Below the pieces are notes generated by a model that ran no database searches, had not been told where the DNA came from, and worked only from the letters and a program-made list of their open reading frames with translations. Shown piece by piece: positions 17,808 to 27,293 of a stretch of 64,000 bases of DNA. The position numbers were made by a program, and so were the translations under genes. How positions within the stretch are numbered: the stretch's first letter is position 1; each line of letters opens with the position of its first letter. Source of the stretch: a bacterium (lineage in GTDB: Bacteria > Patescibacteriota > Saccharimonadia > CAILAD01 > BJGX01); contig JAKOQC010000510.1 in NCBI GenBank assembly GCA_029778565.1, forward strand, positions 18,838 through 82,837, read 5' to 3'.

Positions 17808-19115
17808 ATGAAGCCTATCAAAAAAATATTACATACTATTATCCCCCAAGGTACTAAAGACGCATTGCACTACCCCGAGTCCAAATATTATTCTCGTAAG
17901 TACCATTTTCCTACACAAGGGATGATAACTATTGGTGTTATTGGCAGCAAGGGCAAAACCACCACATCAAATATGATATGGGCGGTACTTACTGCTAGTG
18001 GAGCAAAAGTTGGCCAAATAGGTACTGCCAATATCCGTATTGGCGCAAAAGAAGAGCTAAATAAATATCATATGACTATGCCGGGGCCTGCTGCTCTGCA
18101 AAAAATACTGGCCGAAATGAAAGCTGCGGACTGCAAATACGTGGTAATGGAGGTGCCGAGCGAAGCCCAAACTCAATGGCGTCACATAGGTATAAATTTT
18201 GATATGCTAGTCTTTACCAATGTAGAGCGAGAAATTATGGCATCGCATAGAGGTAGTATGGAGGTACTACATCAACACAACAAACGCGTCTTTAAGGCGA
18301 CCGCCAAAGGTACCCGCAAAGAAATGGATGGCAAAAAAATCCCCAAGATTATTATTGCTAACGCCGATAGTAAATATAGCTCTAGCTATATGGATTTTGC
18401 AGTTGATAAAAAAGCTACCTACAGCACTCATGCCGTTAGTGATTATCAGGCAAAAAATATTGTCTCGAACGCAAAAGGCGTAGATTTTGAGCTAAACCTC
18501 GACAAATATCATGTTAATATTCTTGGCGAGATTAACGCCGAAAACGCCACTGCAGCGGTTGCTGTCGGTAAAGAGTTAGGAATGGATAGAAAAACCATTC
18601 AGAATGGCTTAAATTCACTCAAAACTATACCTGGCCGTATGGAACCTATCAACCAAGGCCAATCATTTACGGTTTTGGTCGATTATGCGCATTCTCCTGC
18701 TAGTATGGAGGCCCTCATGAAGAGTGCCAAAGCTATGGCTAAAGGTAAAATTATTACCCTACTTGGTGCCGAGGGTGGTGGACGCGATGTAGAAAAGCGG
18801 CCTCTTATGGGTAAATTGGCCGGCGAAGCATCTGACTACGTCGTTATAACTAACGTCGACCCATACGAGGACAATCCACAAACAATCATTGACGATATTG
18901 CTAATGGGGCACGTCAGGCTGGTAAAGTAGATGAAAAAGATCTGTTTTGTATACAAGACCGTCGTGCTGGTATACGCAAAGCATTAAAGTTGGCCAAAAA
19001 GAATAACCTGGTACTAATTACAGGTAAAGGCGCTGAGCAATCAATTGTTATTAATGGTAAATCCACGCCCTGGGATGACAGAAAAGTTGTCCGCGAAGAA
19101 TTAGAAAAACTTTAG
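17808..19115 (+). CDS. Mur ligase family protein (MurE-like UDP-MurNAc-dipeptide:diamino acid ligase)
   Basis: ATP-binding GSKGKTTT, DYAHSP, GGGRDVEKRP and C-terminal DRRAGI...ITGKGAEQ motifs. It lacks the usual N-terminal domain. Confidence 0.6.
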   Translation: MKPIKKILHTIIPQGTKDALHYPESKYYSRKYHFPTQGMITIGVIGSKGKTTTSNMIWAVLTASGAKVGQIGTANIRIGAKEELNKYHMTMPGPAALQKILAEMKAADCKYVVMEVPSEAQTQWRHIGINFDMLVFTNVEREIMASHRGSMEVLHQHNKRVFKATAKGTRKEMDGKKIPKIIIANADSKYSSSYMDFAVDKKATYSTHAVSDYQAKNIVSNAKGVDFELNLDKYHVNILGEINAENATAAVAVGKELGMDRKTIQNGLNSLKTIPGRMEPINQGQSFTVLVDYAHSPASMEALMKSAKAMAKGKIITLLGAEGGGRDVEKRPLMGKLAGEASDYVVITNVDPYEDNPQTIIDDIANGARQAGKVDEKDLFCIQDRRAGIRKALKLAKKNNLVLITGKGAEQSIVINGKSTPWDDRKVVREELEKL

Positions 19116-19378
19116 TCTAGTAATGAAATAACTTGAAAACCATATTTATCTACTTCTTCTTTTGACCAGTAGATAGGATCTTTCGTTTTACCAACATAGC
19201 CAACTTTCTTTACTACTTCCCTTCCTGTATAAGAATTGGTTTGAGGTTCCCATTCTTGCAGAATTATTGTATCACCAGGATTAACTCGCCAGTCAGCTAG
19301 CCGAAGATCGTATGTTTTTTGGCCACTTAGAATTAGATTGAAAGATTCAGGCCAAATCTTCTTTCTTATTGTTGCCAT
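19112..19378 (-). CDS. ASCH/PUA-like small protein (about 88 aa from Met at 19378)
   Basis: LRLADWRVNPGDTIILQEW resembles ASCH/DUF3850. The ORF track starts at 19393. Confidence 0.4.
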   Translation of the reverse strand: MATIRKKIWPESFNLILSGQKTYDLRLADWRVNPGDTIILQEWEPQTNSYTGREVVKKVGYVGKTKDPIYWSKEEVDKYGFQVISLLD

Positions 19379-19379
19379 A

Positions 19380-20249
19380 TTATTTCTTGGCAAGTTCTTT
19401 AACAGCTACCGAGCAAAGGCCACTATGCTTCTGTTCGCAATCTTTGCAACAAATAAAGAGTTGGTGACAATCAGGCTTGGCACAATCTATATATCTATCA
19501 CTCGCTTGCTGGCAATGCGCACATTTACCAAGCACTTTTTCGCCAGACTTGGTATCGGTATTAGTAACCATTCTGTCATCAAAGACAAAGTTTTTACCGA
19601 TAAAGTGTCCATCGGGATACTTTTCGAGATACTTTACAATGCCACCTTCTAGTTGATACACATCTTCAAAACCTTCTTCGGCCAATAGAGCAGTAGCTTT
19701 TTCACAACGAATACCACCCGTGCAATAAGTAATTACCTTGTTCTTGGGGTCTATCTTAAGATTTTTTACTTTTTTGGGTAACTCATAAAACTTGGTAGTA
19801 TCCGGCTGAATTGCGCCTTCGAATCGCCCCACCTCGTATTCGTAATTATTGCGCATATCCACCACAGTAATGTCTTTTTCAGTCTCTAGCATAGTATGAA
19901 ACTCTTCTGGGGAGAGATATTTACCGGTTTTCTTAAGATCTACTGGCTTACCTAGTGTGACTATCTCAGGACGACGCTTAACAATCAATTTATGGAAAGG
20001 CATTTTACCAGCAGTAGAACGTTTAAAGACAATGTCTTTAAACAATGGGTGTGTATCCATATAATCTGTATATTGTTTTAGCTGAGCACGGGTACCAGCT
20101 ACCGTACCATTAATGCCTTCTTCGGCTATCAAAATTCGACCCTTTAGGCCAATACCAGCACAAACCAGCTTGTGCTGCATTACCTCAAAAGCCGGATCTT
20201 TAACATCGACAAATTTGTAATATAGTAAGACAAAAATTGTAGAACTCAT
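19380..20249 (-). CDS. trhO: Rhodanese-domain tRNA uridine(34) hydroxylase (YceA/TrhO family)
   Basis: UPF0176 N-terminal motif (ILIAEEGINGT), rhodanese active site CTGGIRCE, and a C-terminal Cys-rich tail. Confidence 0.8.
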   Translation of the reverse strand: MSSTIFVLLYYKFVDVKDPAFEVMQHKLVCAGIGLKGRILIAEEGINGTVAGTRAQLKQYTDYMDTHPLFKDIVFKRSTAGKMPFHKLIVKRRPEIVTLGKPVDLKKTGKYLSPEEFHTMLETEKDITVVDMRNNYEYEVGRFEGAIQPDTTKFYELPKKVKNLKIDPKNKVITYCTGGIRCEKATALLAEEGFEDVYQLEGGIVKYLEKYPDGHFIGKNFVFDDRMVTNTDTKSGEKVLGKCAHCQQASDRYIDCAKPDCHQLFICCKDCEQKHSGLCSVAVKELAKK

Positions 20250-20427
20250 AATTGGTGATTATAGCCGAAAAACGAATAAATTTCTAGATACCATATGCTT
20301 GAATTATGAAGGTCTTATGTGGTAACCTACATGACAGTGTCCGAACCGAACAAGCTAGACCCCCAGGAGGAAGTTCGTGACAAGTACATTGCATGCTGAT
20401 TCGGTACAACCAGGTCAGCGCCGGTGA

Positions 20428-21126
20428 CATCGTGTTCTACTAAAACTCTCGGGTGAACAGCTCGAAGGTAGCCGTGGGCATGGTATTGACCCTGAGTTTG
20501 CCGAGTGGTTGGCTCGCGAGATCAAGACTGCTCACGAAGAAACCAGTGCAGAATTCGTTATTGTCATTGGTGGTGGCAATATCATGCGTGGTGCCTCTAT
20601 CGCTGGTGATGTCATCAACCGGGTAGCAGGCGACCATATGGGCATGTTGGCCACACTAATTAATGGTGTTGCTATGTATCACACACTCCAGAGTATTGGA
20701 GTAGATAATGTTCGTCTTCAGACGCGCTTGCGGTGTGAAGACGTGGCAGAAACGTATTTTATGAACACTGCGCTCGATTATCTCAACAAAAATAATCTAC
20801 TGATTATTGCTGGTGGTACTGGCAATCCGCTTTTTACTACCGATACCGCTGCCGTTAGCGCCGCACTCGAGCTCGATTGCGATGTGGTACTAAAGGCCAC
20901 CAAGGTTGATGGTGTCTACGATCGAAACCCAGATGAAGATGGTGCTACAAAGTTCGATAAAACCACACATCACGAAGCACTCATCAATGACAATATCAAG
21001 GTAATGGATGATGCTGCCATCGCCATGGCCAAAGAGCACAAGCTACCAATCATCGTCTTCAAGCTTGAAGCTGACAGTATTCTTAGGGTCATTCGTGGTG
21101 AGCGAATCGGTACCCTTGTAAAGTAA
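20428..21126 (+). CDS. pyrH: UMP kinase; conserved N-terminus (HRVLLKLSGEQLEG...) starts directly after an in-frame TGA at about 20425, with no canonical start; ORF track starts at TTG 20509
   Basis: Motifs RVLLKLSGE, VIGGGN and IAGGTGNPLFTTD match UMP kinase. The ATP-binding KLSGE motif lies upstream of the first canonical start codon. Confidence 0.65.
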   Translation, partial: HRVLLKLSGEQLEGSRGHGIDPEFAEWLAREIKTAHEETSAEFVIVIGGGNIMRGASIAGDVINRVAGDHMGMLATLINGVAMYHTLQSIGVDNVRLQTRLRCEDVAETYFMNTALDYLNKNNLLIIAGGTGNPLFTTDTAAVSAALELDCDVVLKATKVDGVYDRNPDEDGATKFDKTTHHEALINDNIKVMDDAAIAMAKEHKLPIIVFKLEADSILRVIRGERIGTLVK

Positions 21127-21132
21127 TTTTTT

Positions 21133-21159
21133 ACCCATGGAAACATGGGTTTTTTATTT
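21133..21159 (+). terminator. Rho-independent terminator (ACCCATG-gaaa-CATGGGT then TTTTTATTT)
   Basis: Hairpin plus a T-tract immediately after the pyrH stop. Confidence 0.7.
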
Positions 21160-21591
21160 AACTAAATGCGAGCTCGTATTAATAAAACCAATAATACAAG
21201 CACCAAGCCAAGCTAGTTGCGAGAGAGTAATTGACGTAATAGACCAAACAATCAGTTTCTTAGGTAATTGCCAGAAATTCTCTAGCTTTTCAGACTTCAT
21301 AGCTTTCTGTACAAAATGCAAATTTACACCATTACAGATAATTATTAATACCAGCAACATCTTAAGTTGAGTAAGTGGCTTGGTAAAGTTAGGATGCAAA
21401 AACTTACCACTAAGTATTAAGCCTGCCAAGCCAGACCAAATAAGAATCTGTGCGGTTTTACCAACCTCTATCATCTGAGTTTTGGTCTTTTTGCCTAATA
21501 CCCAAAACAAGCCATAGAAATCTACAAATAACACACTGCCGTAAGCAACAATTAGGCTAAATAAATGTACAAACAGTACTACTTTATACAT
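21154..21591 (-). CDS. Hypothetical polytopic membrane protein (145 aa)
   Basis: Four predicted TM segments. Confidence 0.45.
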   Translation of the reverse strand: MYKVVLFVHLFSLIVAYGSVLFVDFYGLFWVLGKKTKTQMIEVGKTAQILIWSGLAGLILSGKFLHPNFTKPLTQLKMLLVLIIICNGVNLHFVQKAMKSEKLENFWQLPKKLIVWSITSITLSQLAWLGACIIGFINTSSHLVK

Positions 21592-21979
21592 TATTTTTCT
21601 CTAAATACTCTTGCATTAGACTCCAATAATAATCTCGCCAGCCTTGCTCGATATCTTTGGCAAAATCATCTGGCACGTCTGTTTGACGAAACCGAAGCTT
21701 ACAACCACTATTTTTTGGCGATAAAATATAACTTACTTTGCTCTCTGCACCCTCCGGCCAATCTGACGCGCGCCACGACTGAATAATTTCTTTACCCGGT
21801 ACGAGCTTACTAAATTTTCCGACTGCATAGTCATCCCAGACAGAAAAGTTACCACCTACTTGAGCATCAATTTTGGCTACCGAGTTAGTAAGAGCAAAGA
21901 ATTTTTTTTCGTCTGTAAGAAGCGTATAAACTTCTTTGGGCGATGCATTAAATTCTATTTCTTGTGATATGTCGGCCAT
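21584..21979 (-). CDS. SRPBCC-fold (Aha1/activator-of-Hsp90-ATPase-like) protein
   Basis: 131 aa with the pattern EIEFNASPKEVYTLLTD...VGGNFSVWD typical of the AHSA1 domain. Confidence 0.55.
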   Translation of the reverse strand: MADISQEIEFNASPKEVYTLLTDEKKFFALTNSVAKIDAQVGGNFSVWDDYAVGKFSKLVPGKEIIQSWRASDWPEGAESKVSYILSPKNSGCKLRFRQTDVPDDFAKDIEQGWRDYYWSLMQEYLEKNNV

Positions 21980-21988
21980 GTTTTCTCC

Positions 21989-22465
21989 TTATTTTGCCAG
22001 AGCAACTACTTCAGCCAAATCCTCCGAGCCGCTCCATTTATTTATCATTGCTCCACCTGCATCTACCTGCACAAAGGTGTCTTCAAACGGTACTTGGTAT
22101 TGTTTTTTGAGCGCAGCGCTTTTGTCGTAATCGACATACATAATAGTAAAGTTGTTGGGGATTTTTGCCGTATTGGTTTTAAAATCGTTGTCGAGCATTT
22201 TGCAGGTTTTAGACCACTTGGCGCAGAAAAATAATATCACTTTACCATCACTAGCCTGCGCGAGTTTTGCGGGATCGTATAGAGTGTATTCACCCGGTCG
22301 TTTAGATACCTCACTTTTCTGCTCTACCGGTTCTGCCTGAGCAGCTGGTGCCACAGCTACCTTGGTAGACTTCTTACTCTGTAGTTTTTTCCAACCAAAA
22401 TAACTACCTACTCCAATAAGAACTGCTAACATAAAAACTCCACCTATTATTAAGATTTTTTTCAT
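21989..22465 (-). CDS. Membrane-anchored thioredoxin-fold-like protein with SxxC variant motif (start at internal MKKIL; track start 22534)
   Basis: TM anchor, then VILFFCAKWSKTCK, which resembles a thioredoxin active-site context. Confidence 0.35.
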   Translation of the reverse strand: MKKILIIGGVFMLAVLIGVGSYFGWKKLQSKKSTKVAVAPAAQAEPVEQKSEVSKRPGEYTLYDPAKLAQASDGKVILFFCAKWSKTCKMLDNDFKTNTAKIPNNFTIMYVDYDKSAALKKQYQVPFEDTFVQVDAGGAMINKWSGSEDLAEVVALAK

Positions 22466-22911
22466 TTGTTTTGATACCGACTCGTTAAAAGCATTTTTAG
22501 TAGAATTATCAGTACCAAAATAACTATTAGCCAAGAATCGAGACTATGCAAAAACACTTGCACAATTATTGCGATACTTAATAGAGCAATGACTACCAGA
22601 AAAACTGCTCTCTCTACAGCCGGCATCGGGGTATTATGCTTGGGCCGACTACGCCAATGCGTAACAGCAAATACCAAAACAACCAACATAAATGCGGCTA
22701 GCAACACAAATTGCCCATTTACCGTAAGGGCACTATAGGCGGGCACCATAAAGAACAAACCAAGCCCAAATATTACCAAGGCAATTAATATTTCTGAGGT
22801 AAATTTATGCTCAGTAAACAAATCTTCTTCTTGTATTGGCTCAATCTGAGAGTTGTTGTGCTTTGGTTTTTTATGCTTGGCTTCGTGCCGTGCGTGCGAT
22901 GTTTTACTCAT
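22462..22911 (-). CDS. Hypothetical membrane protein (149 aa)
   Basis: Four hydrophobic segments and a basic N-terminus. Confidence 0.45.
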   Translation of the reverse strand: MSKTSHARHEAKHKKPKHNNSQIEPIQEEDLFTEHKFTSEILIALVIFGLGLFFMVPAYSALTVNGQFVLLAAFMLVVLVFAVTHWRSRPKHNTPMPAVERAVFLVVIALLSIAIIVQVFLHSLDSWLIVILVLIILLKMLLTSRYQNK

Positions 22912-22964
22912 AATATATATTGTAACATGGCTAAATTATGCATTTAAAAACCTCTCTAATTTAA

Positions 22965-23408
22965 TTAGAGAGGTAATTGCGGGTCTGCCAAACGAAACCC
23001 GTGCTGAGCCAAAACTGCTTCTATCTCAGCGATACGCTTAGGGCCAATATCGAAGTACAGTTGGAGCTCAGTTTTACTCTTAGAACACAATTGGCCAATT
23101 GTTGTAATACTCATTTCGGGTGCGGAAACAATTTTGGCAAATTCACCTTTACGTTTACCAGACCCAATACCCTTGTGTGGCCTAGATAATGCTTTAAAGG
23201 TTTTTGTACTTAAACCAAGAAGTTCGAGCGGTGAATCTAAGGTTAGCTTTGCTTCTGCAGTATGCTGAGGGGGAGCATTACTCTCGATTTTTTTTGTCGA
23301 TACAGAATGAAGATTACTAAACCTGTATCGCCCTTTTTGAAAAGCCACAAGCTTTTCTAGGGCGACTAGCTCACCATCGTCAACCACAAACCTAATTTCT
23401 GTAGGCAT
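22965..23408 (-). CDS. Standalone protein with RNA polymerase alpha-subunit C-terminal-domain-like HhH (paralog 2)
   Basis: C-terminal ...TIGQLCSKSKTELQLYFDIGPKRIAEIEAVLAQHGFRL matches the alpha-CTD pattern TIGDL...ELL...GxKSLxEI...L...GLxL. Confidence 0.5.
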   Translation of the reverse strand: MPTEIRFVVDDGELVALEKLVAFQKGRYRFSNLHSVSTKKIESNAPPQHTAEAKLTLDSPLELLGLSTKTFKALSRPHKGIGSGKRKGEFAKIVSAPEMSITTIGQLCSKSKTELQLYFDIGPKRIAEIEAVLAQHGFRLADPQLPL

Positions 23409-23821
23409 TAGCCTTCTCCTTGTTCGTAAACTTCTTCAAGCATAAGATGCAGACCATGTTTTGCCAGGGCAGCCCGCACATTGTGCAAGCCTACATAGCC
23501 AAACTGTGGCATTGCCAGCAGATCGTCTGCACTATAAGCAAGTAGATCGCCTATTGTTACAATCTCTGACTTAGCGAAGCCTCTCCTATGAGCCCAGCTC
23601 AGTGCCCCAATAGTTCTCGAATGAAGACCTAGGTTACGAATATTGAGTTTAGTTATATCATTTTTTTCAGCCGGAAGTTCAAGCATAGGTACCTTATAGC
23701 CAACAGTTCTGCGCAAATCGTAAAGTATGTTTGTGCCATAGTTTGCTGTAAGTTCTCTTAGCTGCCTATAAAAACCATGCGAAACATCGTCATCCACAAT
23801 AATATGAATCTCATAGGGCAT
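23408..23821 (-). CDS. Standalone protein with RNA polymerase alpha-subunit C-terminal-domain-like HhH (paralog 1)
   Basis: C-terminal ...TIGDLLAYSADDLLAMPQFGYVGLHNVRAALAKHGLHL; N-terminus MPYEIHIIVDDD. Adjacent to its paralog with a 1-nt overlap. Confidence 0.5.
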   Translation of the reverse strand: MPYEIHIIVDDDVSHGFYRQLRELTANYGTNILYDLRRTVGYKVPMLELPAEKNDITKLNIRNLGLHSRTIGALSWAHRRGFAKSEIVTIGDLLAYSADDLLAMPQFGYVGLHNVRAALAKHGLHLMLEEVYEQGEG

Positions 23822-23859
23822 GTGTCTGCCTTTCTGTGAGGTGCTAGATCAGGAATATT

Positions 23860-24825
23860 CTAAATTGATAAGCTTGTTTTGTCAATAATAGCGAGTAACT
23901 CGTCGTGGCTTTTGGTCTGCATCATAGTAGCTCGCAGCTCAGATGCGCCTGCAAAACCATTAATATACATCTTTACAAATTTCTTGAGTGGTTCAAACTT
24001 TTCGTTGGCCCAAGTTTTTTTATGGAGAATGGTGTGTTCGCGCAAGATAGGTAGCATTGTTTGTAGATCTCGATTAGTTTTAGCTTCGTCAAACACAAAA
24101 AAATTATGAAATATACCACGGCCAATCATAATGCCATCTACGCCAGATTCTTTAGCCAGTTTTCTACCCTGCTCTACGCTCATAACATCACCATTACCAA
24201 CAATAATGGTATCTGGGCTTAACTTGTCACGTAGTTTTACCGCCTTAGCAATCTCATCCCAATGAGCTGGCACCTTGCTCATTTCTTTCTTTGTGCGACC
24301 ATGCACAATAATTGCATCCAAATTTTGCTCAAGCAAGAACCCTATCCAGGCTTCGGTATCTATAGTGTTAAATCCTATGCGCGTTTTTACACTCACCGGA
24401 ATTTTACCGTTTGCACCTTTCTGAGTAGCAATAATAACTTCTTTGGCTAATTTTGGGTTTTGTATCATTGCACTACAAGCACCTTTTTTTATCATATCTT
24501 TTACAGGACAGCCCATATTAATATCAATTCCATCAAAGCCCATGGCCACAATATCGCGCGCCATTTGCTCATAATTGGCAGGGGTAATTCCCCAGATCTG
24601 AGCAATCAGCGGTTTTTCACTTTTTTTATGTAGCAACCGTGTACCAATTGCGCCCTTCCCTGGGCTACACCAGCCATCGGCATTGGCAAATTCAGTCATC
24701 ATTAAATCGACCGGTGCATGCTTTTGCACAATACGGCGAAAAACCGTATCGGTTACATCGTCCATTGGTGCCAGCACAAAAAACGGCTGTTTATTGTCTT
24801 TCAGTTTTTGCCAAATATTTTTCAT
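23860..24825 (-). CDS. dus: tRNA-dihydrouridine synthase
   Basis: TIM-barrel Dus motifs (FVLAPMDDVTD, catalytic Cys context NMGCPV). 321 aa. Confidence 0.85.
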   Translation of the reverse strand: MKNIWQKLKDNKQPFFVLAPMDDVTDTVFRRIVQKHAPVDLMMTEFANADGWCSPGKGAIGTRLLHKKSEKPLIAQIWGITPANYEQMARDIVAMGFDGIDINMGCPVKDMIKKGACSAMIQNPKLAKEVIIATQKGANGKIPVSVKTRIGFNTIDTEAWIGFLLEQNLDAIIVHGRTKKEMSKVPAHWDEIAKAVKLRDKLSPDTIIVGNGDVMSVEQGRKLAKESGVDGIMIGRGIFHNFFVFDEAKTNRDLQTMLPILREHTILHKKTWANEKFEPLKKFVKMYINGFAGASELRATMMQTKSHDELLAIIDKTSLSI

Positions 24826-24913
24826 TACTAGTGCGCTAGTATAACCGAAATCAGTAGAAATTTCTAGACTAATGTGTCACATCGAGCTCATAAAACGGTT
24901 ATAATAACATTAC

Positions 24914-26464
24914 ATGAAAAATTCGAAGAAACCAGATTTCGTGTATGATCCGGTCGAAGACAAAGGTAAAGACTTGCCATTAAAAAATAGTGAACCGGCA
25001 AAATCTTCACCTAGCAGTGACCCGGATTTTGTTTTTGACCCCAAAAAGAACCCCAAAGAACACATTCGCGCACGAGAAAGTGCCGAATTGGTGTCTGAAG
25101 GTTCTGCAGATAAGCCCCATTTAAACCAAAAAACTCAACCATCACAAAACGATATGGCAGATGAATTTGATTTACCAAAGAAAAAAAAGCGCCGTTGGCC
25201 CAAGGTAGTGTTAATACTCGCCTTGTTACTTGGTGCTGCTCTGGGTTACTTGGGTTGGTATTTATTGCATCATGCTGGCAAGGTTAGTAGCAATTTATTC
25301 GACTTTAGCTCACAACTAAAGGGTGAGTCGCGTGGTCGTGTAAACATTCTGTTACTCGGTATTGGCGACCCTGGCCACGACGGCGGAGCTTTATCTGACA
25401 CTAATATGGTGGTTAGTCTTGATACCACTCAAAAACCAGCCAAAGTCGCCATGATTAGCCTGCCACGCGACTTACAGGTGAGTATTCCTGGGCATGGTGA
25501 GGCCAAGATAAATCAAGCCAATTCGGATGGTGGTGTCGATCTCGCTAAAGAAACAGTATCGAACACACTTGGTATCCCAATAGATTACTATGTGGTGGCT
25601 AATTTTACCGGGCTAAAGCAAGCAGTAGATGCCGTTGGTGGTATCGATATTCATAACGACACATTACTAAGTGACCCTGAATATCCTTGTGATAATAATC
25701 AATATCGTAGCTGTGGCTATAAGCTAGCACCAGGTAATTATCACTTAGATGGCACAGCAGCACTTAAATTTGCCCGTTGCCGTAAAGGCACTTGTGGTGA
25801 TGATTTTGGACGCGCCCAGCGTCAACAACAGGTACTAACCGCTATCCGCGAAAAAGCTTTAAGTGCTAATACCTTGGCAAATCCACTAAAAGTAAATGAT
25901 CTATTGAATGCTGCCAGCAATAACGTAAAGACCGACCTAAGCCTAAAGAATATTCAACGCCTTGCCGACCTTACTAAAGGACTACAAAAAGATCAAATTA
26001 TGAGCATTGTCTTCTCTCTTAAGCCAAATGGCTTTTTAGTTACTGATAAAACAAGTAGTAATCTTTTGCCAGCTGGGGGTAGTTTTGCCGACATTCGTAA
26101 GTTTGTACAAAACATCTTTACTGTTGGGCCAATTTGGGTAGAAGAACCAAAAATTACTATCGAAAACGGCACAACCACAAGCGGCTTAGGGGGCAAGTTT
26201 AAGCTCAAACTAGAAAATGACGGCATGGCTATCACTATTACGAGTGTTGGTAATGCCAAAACCAAAGATTATACAACTAGCCAAATTATAGACTATACGG
26301 GTGGTAAAAAACCGAATACTGCAGCGTATCTTTCGAAGCTGCTTGGTGTGCCTGTAACCCAGCCAACTACTCCGGTAAAAAACCCAGTGGTAGATTTTGA
26401 AGTTATTTTGGGTAGTGATTATGCAGCTAGCATTGCCCCTCAGAATTCCTCTTCTAATAATTAA
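24914..26464 (+). CDS. LytR-CpsA-Psr (LCP) family cell-envelope polymer transferase
   Basis: TM anchor then LCP core (RVNILLLGIGD...DTNMVVSLD...ISLPRDL). 516 aa. Confidence 0.85.
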   Translation: MKNSKKPDFVYDPVEDKGKDLPLKNSEPAKSSPSSDPDFVFDPKKNPKEHIRARESAELVSEGSADKPHLNQKTQPSQNDMADEFDLPKKKKRRWPKVVLILALLLGAALGYLGWYLLHHAGKVSSNLFDFSSQLKGESRGRVNILLLGIGDPGHDGGALSDTNMVVSLDTTQKPAKVAMISLPRDLQVSIPGHGEAKINQANSDGGVDLAKETVSNTLGIPIDYYVVANFTGLKQAVDAVGGIDIHNDTLLSDPEYPCDNNQYRSCGYKLAPGNYHLDGTAALKFARCRKGTCGDDFGRAQRQQQVLTAIREKALSANTLANPLKVNDLLNAASNNVKTDLSLKNIQRLADLTKGLQKDQIMSIVFSLKPNGFLVTDKTSSNLLPAGGSFADIRKFVQNIFTVGPIWVEEPKITIENGTTTSGLGGKFKLKLENDGMAITITSVGNAKTKDYTTSQIIDYTGGKKPNTAAYLSKLLGVPVTQPTTPVKNPVVDFEVILGSDYAASIAPQNSSSNN

Positions 26465-26494
26465 AATCCCCCTAGTAAACACTAGGAGGAACAC

Positions 26495-26824
26495 TCATCT
26501 CGTTAACGCCGAGAATGGTGACTTCTTTTGATGTGAATGTATAAAAAGTGCATCAATGATCTTATCGAGATCTCGCATAGGAATGGTTATTGAATTGGCA
26601 TGCATCACTTGCCTGCAATCGTCGTCCTGACAACCATGCTCTTCGCAAGTTTTGTGCGATACAGCATTCAATACGAAGATCGTTTCACCATCTTTTTCTG
26701 TGACAGTCAGAACTAGTTCACTAAACTCACCTACCCTTAATTGATCGAGATACATCGGAAATAATCTGGCAAGAGCAATGGTTTTTTGGTCGAAATCTTC
26801 ACCAATACTCGGCACAGAACTCAT
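26495..26824 (-). CDS. Hypothetical protein (109 aa, Cys/His-containing)
   Basis: ORF with a cluster of Cys/His residues (CEEHGCQDDDC). Confidence 0.4.
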   Translation of the reverse strand: MSSVPSIGEDFDQKTIALARLFPMYLDQLRVGEFSELVLTVTEKDGETIFVLNAVSHKTCEEHGCQDDDCRQVMHANSITIPMRDLDKIIDALFIHSHQKKSPFSALTR

Positions 26825-26914
26825 CTGATCCTCCGTTGTTCAAAATCGTCCGGCTCACTATAGTATCATTATTATGCTTTCAGTTCAATAAAAAAGTCTT
26901 AGCATTAGCTAAGA

Positions 26915-27097
26915 CTAAATATCGTCATCCCTCACATTCATACTGTTCCACTGAGAATTATCAGACAATGAGTGGCGCGAATTTTTGGGGTGTTTTCTTT
27001 TTCGAATCATCCAGGTACCGAAGAGTACAAAGGCTGTTCCGAGTCCGAAATACAGCTTTTTACGCTTCATTATTGCTTCCCTTTTTCTTGGATTCAC
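26915..27097 (-). CDS. Small basic membrane protein (about 51-60 aa)
   Basis: KRKKLYFGLGTAFVLFGTWMIRKRK: a single TM helix flanked by basic residues. Confidence 0.3.
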   Translation of the reverse strand: MNPRKREAIMKRKKLYFGLGTAFVLFGTWMIRKRKHPKNSRHSLSDNSQWNSMNVRDDDI

Positions 27098-27293
27098 TTT
27101 GAATTATTCTGGTATCGGCCTGTGGTGCACGGGCGATAACCACAACAGCATATACAAACGCAATTGCAGACGCAAAAAGGATAGGCCTTTTCGCCCTTCG
27201 AAGATAATTCAACATCGTTATCCTTTCTGGCTGGAGTGGATAGGTGCTCGCAATAGATTAACAGATTACCGAAGAATTTTCAATAGATCTGGA

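Noticed and set aside
20359-20427. Reading the pyrH TGA as a sense codon (alternative genetic code, UGA=Gly as in SR1/Gracilibacteria)
   Set aside because: Other genes in the low-GC compartment use TGA as a functional stop (for example the ATGA coupling at 10360-10363). Long ORFs translate intact with the standard code, so the organism uses code 11. The TGA is therefore an error, a pseudogene lesion or local recoding, not a global reassignment.
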